Shown here: positions 1 through 11,627 of the stretch, piece after piece
How positions within the stretch are numbered: the stretch's first letter is position 1
Layout: each line of letters starts with the position of its first letter
Assembly: GCA_965202585.1 (NCBI GenBank)
Contig: OZ241827.1
Location: 71,796,001-71,860,000, forward strand
Reading direction: 5' to 3'
From: Thalia democratica
Lineage: Eukaryota
Length of the DNA: 64,000 nucleotides
Notes under the pieces: generated by a model
Told to the model about the DNA's origin: nothing
Databases searched by the model: none
Seen by the model: the letters and a program-made list of their open reading frames with translations, nothing else
Made by a program: the position numbers and the translations under genes

Positions 1-214
1 CTTTGTTTTTTCTTATTGTAAAAAACTATATTACCCTAACCTTTAAAAAGACACATTTTCAGTCCATAAAATTCAGAAATTTTGGTAAATTTATCAGATT
101 TTGGTTTAAAAATATTTTTTATAATCTATAAAGCCTATGCTTAATTGTTTTATTGGTAAACTTTAACTGTAAGTATTTTTTTACTCTTAGTATTTGAACA
201 GAAAAGCATTGCAT

Positions 215-560
215 TATACACTTTTATTGGTAACAAAGTTCACGTTTAAAATAAGACGCTTGCATTCCAATTCGCAAACGTTTCGGCGCCAAAACGTGAG
301 TGTGATGTCACAAATCGATCTGAATCGGAGTTAGAGACAAAAATAAACTCGGTTTGGAAAATACAAAACAAACAAACCGCACTCAGACTCAATAAAACGC
401 GAAAAGCTTTTAAAAAGTCCGAAACCCAGAACTTTATATGCACAGGACAGAATAAATTTCTCAGTTAAATGTTTTGATTTTTATTTTCCTGCATCGCGGA
501 AAGTCTAAGCACTTAATCCTAAGTGGTGAATAATTTATAAGGTAGGCAGTAAGTAAAAAA
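215..560 (+). promoter_or_regulatory. CpG-rich conserved promoter/enhancer-like element (copy A)
   Basis: Conserved with 34165-34500. It contains CCAAT (minus), E2F-like TTTCGGCGCCAAAA, TATA-like TATA at 435, Inr-like TCAGTT at 461, inverted CACTTA/TAAGTG and donor-like AAG|GTAG at 542 and A|GTAAGT at 549. Confidence 0.4.
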
Positions 561-1820
561 AACCGATCATAAATCTAAATGAATGGTTCGGTTCTGTTTA
601 GAAAATTTAGTTCGAATTGTTTTCCAAATTAAAAATTTGTTGATTTGACTTCGTAATGACAGTTTTAAGTTTTTAAATAGCTAATGGTTAAATTTTTAAG
701 ATATTGTCTTACATTTAAATTGGAAGTAAACTTTTTTTAAACATGTTTGTTAGATAACTAAATTATTTGATAGATTTAAGCGAAAACTCTTGCGTGTATT
801 AACATATTATTTGCTTATCTATCATAAATTTAAAGCACAAAAAAAAAAAAAAAAATAACGGCATTATTGATAATGTAATAAGTTTTTTATACAGCTTTAT
901 AACTGTAGTTTACTTGAAAAAATTAACTAATTTTAATATAGTAATCTAAACATTCCTAATTGATTTAGTAAATTTACATACAAATTAGTTTAAAAAAAGA
1001 TTAAAAATAAAGAGGAGACTTAAATTTCCAGAATTTAACGGTTATAACAGAGTATTTAGTTTTTTTCACAGTATATTAAAACACTTATTTTACATACATC
1101 TAGTAGAATAATTTAAAGATTTTGAGCTTCAGAAAGTCAACTTAAGTTGTATGTAAATTTATTGAATCAATTTAGGTTAATTAGCAAAGAAAACACTTAG
1201 AGAAAAAAAAAACAGTTCATTTCATCAGGAATAACATAAAGATAACTAAATTTACATGAAATTTACTAGAGTATCACCGTGAACAGAACATTTAAATATG
1301 TATGTAAAAACAAACATATATTTAGACTAATGTAGTTTGCAAGTTAAAATTTTAAAGGTTTTATTGATTTGTTTGTAAACAGGTCAATGCGATGCTATGT
1401 TTTTAATGCTTTTATAACGTATAAAACTTGAAAAAATTATACAAAACATGCATACAAAAAAATACTGTAACTGAAATCTTTATACAATCAGTAACTTTTT
1501 TTAATTAAAATTTTTCCATGGAAATTAAAACATATTTAATATTTGAATCTAACATGCAAAATATTAAAATCAACTTTTTTTAATTACTAAAAACATAACA
1601 ACAATTTAGGGTACTTTCCATGAATTTAGGATACTTAAGTGCACAAATTCGAAATCCAGTTTTTACCTTTATTGTACTAAACTTGCATGCAGAACTTTAA
1701 ATCGACTTTTATTTGGAAACTATTGTTATATATACACATATGTATCAAAAAAAAATAGTGTAAATAATATTCAATTAGCCTATTTAAGATAGCATCTAAA
1801 TATATTTCTACATTTGATCT

Positions 1821-2074
1821 ATAGAGATGGGTCACTCTATAACGAAGTCACTTTTTTGCACGAAGTCACTTTTTAACGAGTTTGACTTTTTTAATCTAAT
1901 TTATGATTAATTTGAAATTGTTATATAGTTAAAACTTACTTATTTAAATTTAAACATACATTAATGAAACACTAAAGTTAAATAAATTTATAAACTAATT
2001 TTGAACTATAACAGCAAAAAATCTACAAAAAATATTGCAAAAGTGACTTTCGTGCAAAATAGACTCTTGTCTAT
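1821..2074. mobile_element. MITE-like element with imperfect ~35-bp terminal inverted repeats
   Basis: Left ...TTTTGCACGAAGTCACTTTT versus right AAAAGTGACTTTCGTGCAAAATAGACTCTTGTCTAT; counterpart at 36130-36364. Confidence 0.55.
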
Positions 2075-2548
2075 ATTTCACATTTACCCATGATCTATAC
2101 ATTATGCAACAACACTATAGACCAGCTGTCAAACTTTTGTTTGTAAACTACCAATATATACATCAACAACAAATAGTAAATATCCAGTGAACCTATCTAA
2201 CATAAATCTAATGTACTACGAACTGTCATGTAACTACATGTAAAATACAATATACTTAGTTTTTGAAATATAGCAAAAAAAAAACCTACAATGCATACTT
2301 AAAAACAAAACAATTTAAAAAAGTAAACTTTAGCTACTTTAAATCTATTTATACATAAAATGTGCAAATTTAGTATATAACTACTCCTACAGTGAACTGT
2401 ACTACCGTATTTGAAAACAAATTTACTTATCTAATGCAGTATGCACTACAATTTTCATGCAACTGCAAGTAAAAACTAACTATTTTTATACATACTAATA
2501 AAAGTACTTACAAAAAAACTACCAAAAACAACATTCACAAACTAATAG

Positions 2549-2573
2549 ATATATATATATATATATATATATA
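2549..2573. repeat. (AT)n microsatellite, ~12 units
   Basis: Direct reading. Confidence 0.9.
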
Positions 2574-4494
2574 CAAACAACTAAATTTAGAAAAGTGAAC
2601 ATTCAATAAATTCATATTTGTTTCTACATCTAATGTACTAAATCTAACATGCAACTAACATGCAACTACGAGTAAAACTAACTGTCGGTGATGTCTCTGT
2701 AATTAGAAACAGCAAACAGCGAGTTGGAATCTAAAGAACTCAGCCGAGTCAGCCTGCCGTTTTGCCAGTCTAACGCTGGAAATACATGCAAAACAATTAA
2801 GCTGACAAAAAAAATGAAGCTAAATTTTTGGATACAAAAACTGTAAATATGCAAAAAATAGTAATTGGAAACAAATGTTGGGGTTAATAGTAGCAAATAA
2901 ACTTGTTATCAAGCTCTAATGCAGTTTGCAAATTACAACTATAAAAGGTTTTATTGATCTGTTTTTGAACAGTTTAATGCAATGCTTTTTGTTTTTTATA
3001 TACACAATGATATACACAATAAACCTGGGCTAAATGGTACACATAATTTTTTGTGTGTATTTTGTGTTAACAGAATTATCAAAAACAATAATGGTTTTAA
3101 TTTTATCTCACTGAATTTCATTTCTAAACTTATATCTTTTTAACACTAACCCAAAACTGACATATTTGAGCGTTAGGGAAGAAGAAATTTAACAAAACAT
3201 GTGAAAAGATGGTTTTTCGAGTTCAAGTGTACAAAAAATAAACTTTATTTCAAACAAGCATTTATTGAATTCTTAGAATTTAAAAACCTTCATTGATTCA
3301 AAATTTCATAAAAAACAAAAACTTCTCTTTCGCTCCAAAAAAAACAAACTTTTTTCAAGCAAATTTAATAATAATTGCACTTTATTAAATAAAATAAAAC
3401 TACCTTTTTGATTGAAAGAATGTTGTCGATCTAACTTGTTGTTTGTTAGTCTGGGTGAATGATTTGGTGTGAACAAACTGTGTTGTTCAAAAGTGTTTCA
3501 CCTAGAAAAATATAAAATAATATAAAAATTCATAAAACAATAAGTTAGTAGAATTGCATTTTATTTAACTTTATTCAGAAAAAATAAAACTGTATTGTTG
3601 AGTAATGTTTCACCTTAAAAAATTGTATTTTTTATTTAAACATATTTAATTAGCTTTTATAACATAATTCCCATACTGTGCTTCACTTTAACTAAAAACG
3701 CAAAAAGTAAGAAAATATTCAAAATATCTATGTTATTATATTTAGGTGGTAAACTAAGCATCTAAGAGTCTTTATAAAAAATTATAAAGTAGCTTTAGGT
3801 TAATAAAAAAAATTGCTTTTCTAATAGTTTTTATGATAAGAACACAAAAAAGTAAACTGGTCAACAGTGTTTAATTTATAAAAAACAAAAATAAAAATAA
3901 AACAAAACTGTATAATAGAAAAATTAAAATGAGTTTAATTTTATCTGTACTTACGTGTGTAGGGGCAAAATTGTTATTAAATAAACTTAGTTGAGCAGCT
4001 TTATTATTTAAACATTTGTTTTTAATAAAATTATAAAAAAAAGTTTATTATTTCAATAAAGCAAGTTAAAAGTATTTAGGACAAAAAACAAAACATTGTT
4101 TAAACTTATATAAACAATTAAAACAATAGTTGAACAATATTTTAGACACTACTTGTATTATTTATATTGTAACTACAATAGATTACCACTCAATTGAGCT
4201 CAAAGTTCAAATAGTTTGTTTAAACTTTATAATATAAATTCTAAACTAGTTTAACAAGTAATCCAAACAAACACTTTATAGCTAAGTAAGTATTGTTTGA
4301 TCTAAAAATGAAATGTGCTTCCGAAGAAAATGTATTTTAAACAAAGAAAAGAAGAAAATGTAATTTAAACAAAGAGAAATGTTTATTTTCGTTTGATTAA
4401 AATGAGAAAAGTTTTATTGTTTGTAAAAATTAAACAAAAGTTTGATGTTTGTCTTACTATGATTGTTTTGAAAGTCAAGTACTTTTATCTAATA

Positions 4495-5225
4495 TATAAT
4501 TTAATAATAATTGAAGAAAGTATTTGGATACATTGAAAAAGCTTTGAACTAATAAGTTTATCAAAAAAAACTCAACCATATTTTTAAGTTGACAATAAAT
4601 GTATCCAATGACAATAAATACATTCATTTAAAAAAAAAAATTCAGAAAATTTGAAAAATTCTAAATTTTTTGATTAAAAAATTTCATCTATTAAAATTCG
4701 TATTAAAAACTGTACAATCTACCTAAATTTTTTGGCTGGTCATTGTTTAAACTATCATAAGTACAGAACAAATATTACATGTATAACACTAGTTTTTATT
4801 TGATAACAAAGCTTTTATTTATTAATTTTTAAATATTATAACTTACTTATAATTATTAGTTGAAAATTATATTTAATAACAATAAAAGAAAGTATTTGGA
4901 TACATTTAATCTATTGAAAAAGTTTTTACCTAGTAAATCTTTTACCTAGTAAGTTTATCAAAAAAACTCGACCATATTTTTAGAATAACAATAAATTATT
5001 ATAAATAAAATCATTTAAAAAAATTTAAATTCAGAAAATTAGAAAAACCTAGTATTAATTCCATAAAAAATTATTTTATTCAAAAAAACTTGTTTTAAAA
5101 AATTATAATTTACCTGTGTTTATTGGTTGGTCATTGTTTAAACTATCATAGAACAAATATTACATGTATAACACTAGTTTTAATATAAAAACAAAGCTTT
5201 TATTTAACAGCTTTTAAATACTTTA
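4495..5225. repeat. Copy-A-specific tandem duplication, two ~365-bp units
   Basis: AGAAAGTATTTGGATACATT and TTGG(C/T)TGGTCATTGTTTAAACTATCATA each occur twice about 370 bp apart; single copy at ~39030-39345. Confidence 0.8.
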
Positions 5226-8200
5226 ACTAACCAATATTTATTGGTTGATCGTCACTATAAGAAAAATACCTGAAATTGGGATTTTTTGCCAAAGGTATTT
5301 GGGAAAACCTGTAAAAAATTATAAAATATGAAGAAAAACTTTTTTAACTTAAAAGTATTTTTTAATGTTTAAAATAGGGTTAATTTTAATAAAACACCCG
5401 ACTGGTAGTTTTGAACATTAGTGTCTACGGACTCTAAATTTAAATTCTAACAATTATGATAATTCTAAATAGAATACATTGTTTGACAATCAAAATTTAT
5501 CATAATTATCGGTCAATTCATCATAGTTTAAAAAAATACAAAAATCTAATATACCATCCTTTACTTATCATTTTTTATTAAATAAAAAAATACATTTACT
5601 AAACTTAATTTTTATATAAATTCTAACAAACCTTATTGTTTGAAATATATTGCTTGTATGTAAAATACTAGTAAACAATAAAAACATACGTTGTATTAGA
5701 TATCGTGTTGAAAATTGTTTTTCAATTGGACTATTTATCTAAATTTGGAATTTCTTTTGTGTAATAATCCTTAAAAGGTATACGTTTATGTGAGCATTAT
5801 GTGAGCATTATGTGAGCAAAATTTAATAAAGTAGGAAATTTGGAAAAATGTAAAATTTAATAAACCAGTTGCAAATAGCATTACAAATCTTGTTATTTTA
5901 GCAAAAAATAGAAAATTGGGAATTTTTATTTTATGTATTTAGGTAATTCCAATAAAATTTAATAATTCATTTATATAACGTAATACTAATACTACAAATT
6001 TAATAAAATGTATCATATGTAGGGATTAGATTAAAATTTGACTTATGTTTTAAGAAAACGCTGATTAGATTAAAACCATCACATGTCATAAATTCTGTTT
6101 TCTAGCATTTTAAAAATAACCAATCTTAACAAATGAAGTCTGCAATTTTTCAAAAATTACCTAATTTTATATTGAAAAATTTATGCAATAAATTACAAAT
6201 AATGCACGTATGAAAACTGGTTAGTTTTTGTCATTGCAGAACAAATATAGAAATATTATGCTTTTAATATAAAACTTTTAAGAGTTTAACAAATTAGGGT
6301 GTAAATAAAAAATTTGTATAAGTTGTAAAACATTTAAAATGTCATTTTAATTTTCGAAAACATGTGACTTCATACAAGCTATCAATCGAAATCTTATGAA
6401 TTTATATGAATTCAAGTTGATATTCTGTTTCATATGATTGAATACACTACATAGAGTTAAATAAAATCATTTCCATGTTAATAAATTAAATTTATTTAGC
6501 TTTAGTATGTTATACTTAAAATAATACTTGATTTGTAAACTTGGTTCTGAAAGCATTTAATATATTTTAATAAGGTTTAATGAAGAAATTGTAAAATTGT
6601 CATTTTATAGTTACGAAATCTACTTCAGATTTAAATTGTTTGTATAAAATAAATTTAATACCTTATAATTCCAATTTATTTACTATGAAAAGAATAAGAT
6701 GTCATCGGACGCTTTCCTACTATTACGCAATTGGAAACAATGAAATGGTCTAAACACGAATTTAATTTGTCATAACAGTTAAAACTAAATCTCGATATGT
6801 TTGTCATATAGTGTTTTATTGATTCTATAACAAGGAAGTATTTAATATTTTGACTGAAAAAAAAGTAAAAAAAATTGTTGAAAACTTTAGTGGGCTTGCA
6901 AAATAAATAATGAAAAATAAATTAACCGATAACATTCTTACTAGCTTTTAATTTTTTATAAGTTTCCTGATTTTTACAACTAATTAAGGTTTTAGAATAA
7001 TTCAGTAAAGAGTGCTATGTTTGAAATCAACCGAAAAGTTAACTTTTAATACAACTAAAAATTTTTATTTATTATTACTTTACTTAAAACTAGAGCTTTT
7101 TAAAATAGTTCAAGTAACTTTTTCCACTATTTTGTAACTTAAATGAATCGTAATTACGAAATAAAAAAAGCTAATCGTATTAGAAAAAATTAATAAAAGC
7201 AAGGCTTATTGACTGCAACAGGATATAGGCAAACTTCTAAAAAACAATAAATCAAATAAATTACTTGTTTTAAAATAGTTTAATTTAATTAAATAAACTC
7301 TGAAAGTTTGTATTATTGTATTTATTTAGTTTTTATAATCTAAGTTCATAATAACTTTATTTTCTTAAATTTATTTTTATTATTGGTAATTGAAAGCTAG
7401 TGTTTCATGCTTGATAAAATATTTTTTAATAAAAACTTAACTAGACTTAATAATTTTAAACTTCACACTGAAATTAAAAAAAGGATTAAAAATTATAGAA
7501 ACAATAAAATGAGCACTTCGAGTTATACTTTCTATTGTTAAAGAAAAAACTTATACGTTGTATTAAATATTTGAAACAAATATTTATCATTAAGAAATTA
7601 AGGAGGTAGTTTTATTTTCATTTTATTTCTATTTTTATAAAATCTATTTACGGCAAAAAGTAATTATAGTCGTAAATAAAGTTATTCTTTCTATTCCAAA
7701 ATGTAGTATAAGGATCTAACACAAAATGTTTAATTTTAGTAAATGTATTATACAGTTTAACTGAAGAGTATTTTGAGGATTTATGAGCTTAAAAACCCTT
7801 CATTTTATTTATAGTGCATTAAGATTAAAAATAAAGCATATTTTGGAAAGCATAACTGAATTGAAATTATAATCAGATTTACTGATATTGGTTGAAAACT
7901 TTTTCCAAAATCTGCTAATTGAGATTAATAAATTCTAGAGCAGTTATTATTAAAAAAGTCAGAATAAATTGTTTCTGAAAGATAGTTTTTATCTTAAAAT
8001 TTATTTTCTGATACGACCAGACTTAAGCTATCATTATCATTATCAATAAAAAATTTTGTTCTACTGAAAATAATTTCTAGTTATGAATTTTTTTGACCCT
8101 CAACTAAAATTCTTATAGGTTCATTTCAAAACTAAAATAAAAATATAAAAACTTTAATAAAATCAAAAAGAAAACTAATTCGCAGTTTATAATCGTATTG

Positions 8201-8514
8201 AACTTGACTTACAAAATTCAATAAATAACACAAGAGGCTACGTTTTAACAAGTCAATAAACCATGGTGCATCGATTGTTGGTTATAAAACGATTGAAGAA
8301 CTAGAATTAAAAAAACTCAAGACAACTCAAAGGGTTTGCTTGAACTGAAGACTGTAGACTTGCTAACGTAAACTAGTTCAAAAGCTTGGTTTGAATTAAG
8401 TGATGTAAGTTTTCTTTTTTTTAGTTCTCAGAAACTTAAAATCAACTAAGTTGTTATATTAAGTTCAGATTAATTTACAAACTTTTGAACTTTAGACACT
8501 TGAATAAGGTAACT

Positions 8515-8563
8515 GTTTGTGATGTTTTGCAAAGCTACATGGTGCATTTGTGAAAACACAAAC
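8515..8563. other. Conserved stem-loop (copy A), possible pre-miRNA-like or splicing-regulatory RNA
   Basis: Folded by hand: GUUUGUG...UUUU.GCAAA.GC.AC loop GUGC.UUUGU.AAAA.CACAAAC. It lies in a ~100-bp tract identical to 42567-42667. Confidence 0.3.
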
Positions 8564-11295
8564 TAGATGAGTTCGTTTAAACTAAAATATAAATGCTTTC
8601 TTTTAACAGTCCTGAAAAGTTTAAAAGCTAGTAAATTAACAAATAAAGTCCAGTCTACTCTAACAAAGTAATAGTTTTCGACCGTATTTGATTTATTTTA
8701 ACACATTAGTTATAATAAAGTACTTACTTTTCGTCAATGAACGGTTCGATCCTGGTTGAATTGGGATCTGAAGAATAGAAAACATTATAAACCTGATTGC
8801 ACGAAGGTCTCTTGTTTTGTTCGGTTTGTTGATACTTTGCAGCGCTAACACCAGTGATAGTGGTGAACCTGAGTAATAAATATTAACATGTAAATATGAT
8901 ACATATTAAGATAAACTTTGTTATGCTAATAAAAATAAGTTGTAAAAAAATCATATTTCCATAATGCCTAATATATTTATAAATCACAGGTTAGTATGAG
9001 TCAGACTTTTTTTAAAAATAATTAGGCAGTTTGTATAAATTTAACAAATTACGTAAAGTTAAACTAATCAATAATTGTCTCAATTATGTATATAAATGAA
9101 CATTTAAAAATAATTTTTGTTTATTTACATAAACATTATTAATCTTACTTTTCAAATAAAACTCTTGATTAATCATCTTTATGTAAAGAGACTAAATATT
9201 TTTCTAAATTGTTTTGTATATAACTTAAGACATTTTAATTCGTTTTAACTATATTTATTTTTACTACTTAATCTACTTTGTATACATATAATAAACGAAT
9301 CCAACATGAAGAAATAATCAACATGGAAAATATTCAACATTAAGCAGCTCATTCTGACTACCAATGAAACTGGTATTTGTTTTAATTATGTGCATATTAA
9401 TATATACATTTAATTATTTAATAAGCAATACTTTTTTACAGTTGTTTCAACTTAAAGAAAATCTAAAATATAAACAAATTTCTAAACACTATTATAAATA
9501 AAACCAACCCAACATAAAGAAATGTTCAACATGAAAATTAAGCAGTTCATTCTGACTACCAACGAAACTGGTGTTTGTTTTGCCATCCAAAGTATTTGTT
9601 CTTCCCTTCTGCATTTTCTTCAGTTCCTCGCTTGATAGTGAGTTGGCTAGCCGGATCGAACTCTGTTGTTAAAAATGGTACTATATTTTTTTTAACCCTG
9701 CAAGGAATAAAAAAATGTAATTAATTCATTATAGTATATCTTTTACAAAAGTTTTTTATCAAAAAAATTTTTTTAGTTGTACTAAAATTTATGAAATTAG
9801 CAAAAAAAAAAAAGACAACCGAAATTTAAATGTTTGAAACATGTTTAACTTGTTAAATTATTTAATTTATGTAAATATTTTATTATAACAAACAAAAACA
9901 AACGTGTTTGCTTTGGGGCGTGGAGGGGGGCTTCGACGGGTAAAACTTCATCCCAGAATCCCCTGAATTGAGAACCTCGTTGGGACCCTGGTGCGAACAA
10001 GAAGTGACTGACCGTCGCGGATGACTGAACAGCTGGTCACGTGGTAGCTGACACGCTTGAGCGAACATGGTCTGGTCGCAGCGCGGAGATGGTGTTTGAA
10101 GTGGCGACTGGTCCTCGATTATATGGTTCGCTTCGGATGACTGAAAACGGTGTTTAATAATTAAAAAATATTAGATTAATTACTACTATGATATAATGAA
10201 ATTTATGAACATATTGTTGTTTATCTATTGATGTTCCAAATAACAACAAAAATTAATAACTATAAATGGAGTTTTCTTTGGTTAATAGAGCAAATAGTAA
10301 AAAACTCTTTAAAAAACAGATAAATTGTATGAAATTATGTAATTTGAACTTTGTTTAATTCGATGACCATAAACAATCAAGGCATGGTTTAAATTAGTCG
10401 CAGATATTTTTTTTCAATATAAAAATAGTTTGAACTATTATGTAAAGTTTTAGAGTTTAAACCAACATTTAAAGGTTTATTAGCTTGTCAAGTTTATACA
10501 TACTAATTAACCCTCTATCCATCAAATAGTGGTAAACTATTGTTTAAATAAATATTTGATGAAACTTTTATTTACGCAAGACCACCAATTTTCTAGTAAG
10601 TTTTATCCGTTGATAGAAACAATAAAAATATTATTACTGTTATTCAGTATATAAAATATTAATCGATTACTGCTGGCGCCTGTATAAAAGATTTATTAGA
10701 TAATTTCAACTTCAGCGTAAAAGATTAAATCTGTTTATTAAAATTGCTTGTTATGCATTATCAAATATCCGTTATATCTTAAATATGGGCTTAAAAGCAA
10801 ATTATATGCTTTTTCAATTTAAGTGCATTTGATCTCAGTCCAAGCGATTAATAACGAATAAAAATTAAGGTTTATTGTTTGTATATATTTATTCATTTCA
10901 CTTATTATAAACTCAATTTCTTTTTAAACTTATTTTTGTTAATTTTAAAATTACGATCTGTTGAAATCAAAAGCAAATAAAAAAATTTAGTACTTGATCA
11001 TAAAATATTACAAGTTTTTATAAATGAAATTTTATTAAACTAACAACAGAGTTATTATGATTTCTGCTCGGTTTAGGGTAGGAACACAACAAGTCATATC
11101 CAATAACTCCACCAATACTATCAGATATTATACTCACCTGTAATTAAATAGAATTATATTATTTGAAAAGTATTTAAATCTCTTAGTCTAGAAACTTTTA
11201 AAAAGTATGTTTAAACTCAGTCTTATTTTACCTGTCTGCCAACAAATGACATGTTTTTAAATATTAAAATAAGTAATTGAAAATCATTAAAACAG

Positions 11296-11627
11296 TAGGG
11301 GTCGGTAAAGTGCGCCTCGCGGGTCAAGTGTGACCCCAGTACAAAAACCTACGGTACGCGAGTTACTTTTTACCTACAGAAAAAACTTGTATATATTTTT
11401 TAAACTTACAATTAAGCTCTCAGTGTAATGATAAATATATAAATACTTGTGCTTTATTATTTCTTGTTTTTATCAAACTTTTGATTGAAAGTAGTGTTTT
11501 AAAGCTTTTACATCAATTATTTTTGAAATACCGCGGCTCGCAAAAGGCATTTTGTTTGAGGTGCATCCTGCGAATGGCTTTTAGTTGGAAAACTAGCTCG
11601 TTACTTATGAAATGCTAACGACCCCAG
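11296..11627. mobile_element. hAT/Charlie-type non-autonomous element (MITE)
   Basis: Termini TAGGGGTCGGTAA / TAACGACCCCAG; degenerate 8-bp flanks TAAAACAG / TAAAGTAG; subterminal GCGCCTCGCGGGTCAAGTGTGACCC resembles hAT MITE ends. Confidence 0.65.

Noticed and set aside
246-443. Minus-strand 65-aa ORF over the CpG-rich block
   Set aside because: Indels relative to copy B and no recognisable protein features; better explained as regulatory
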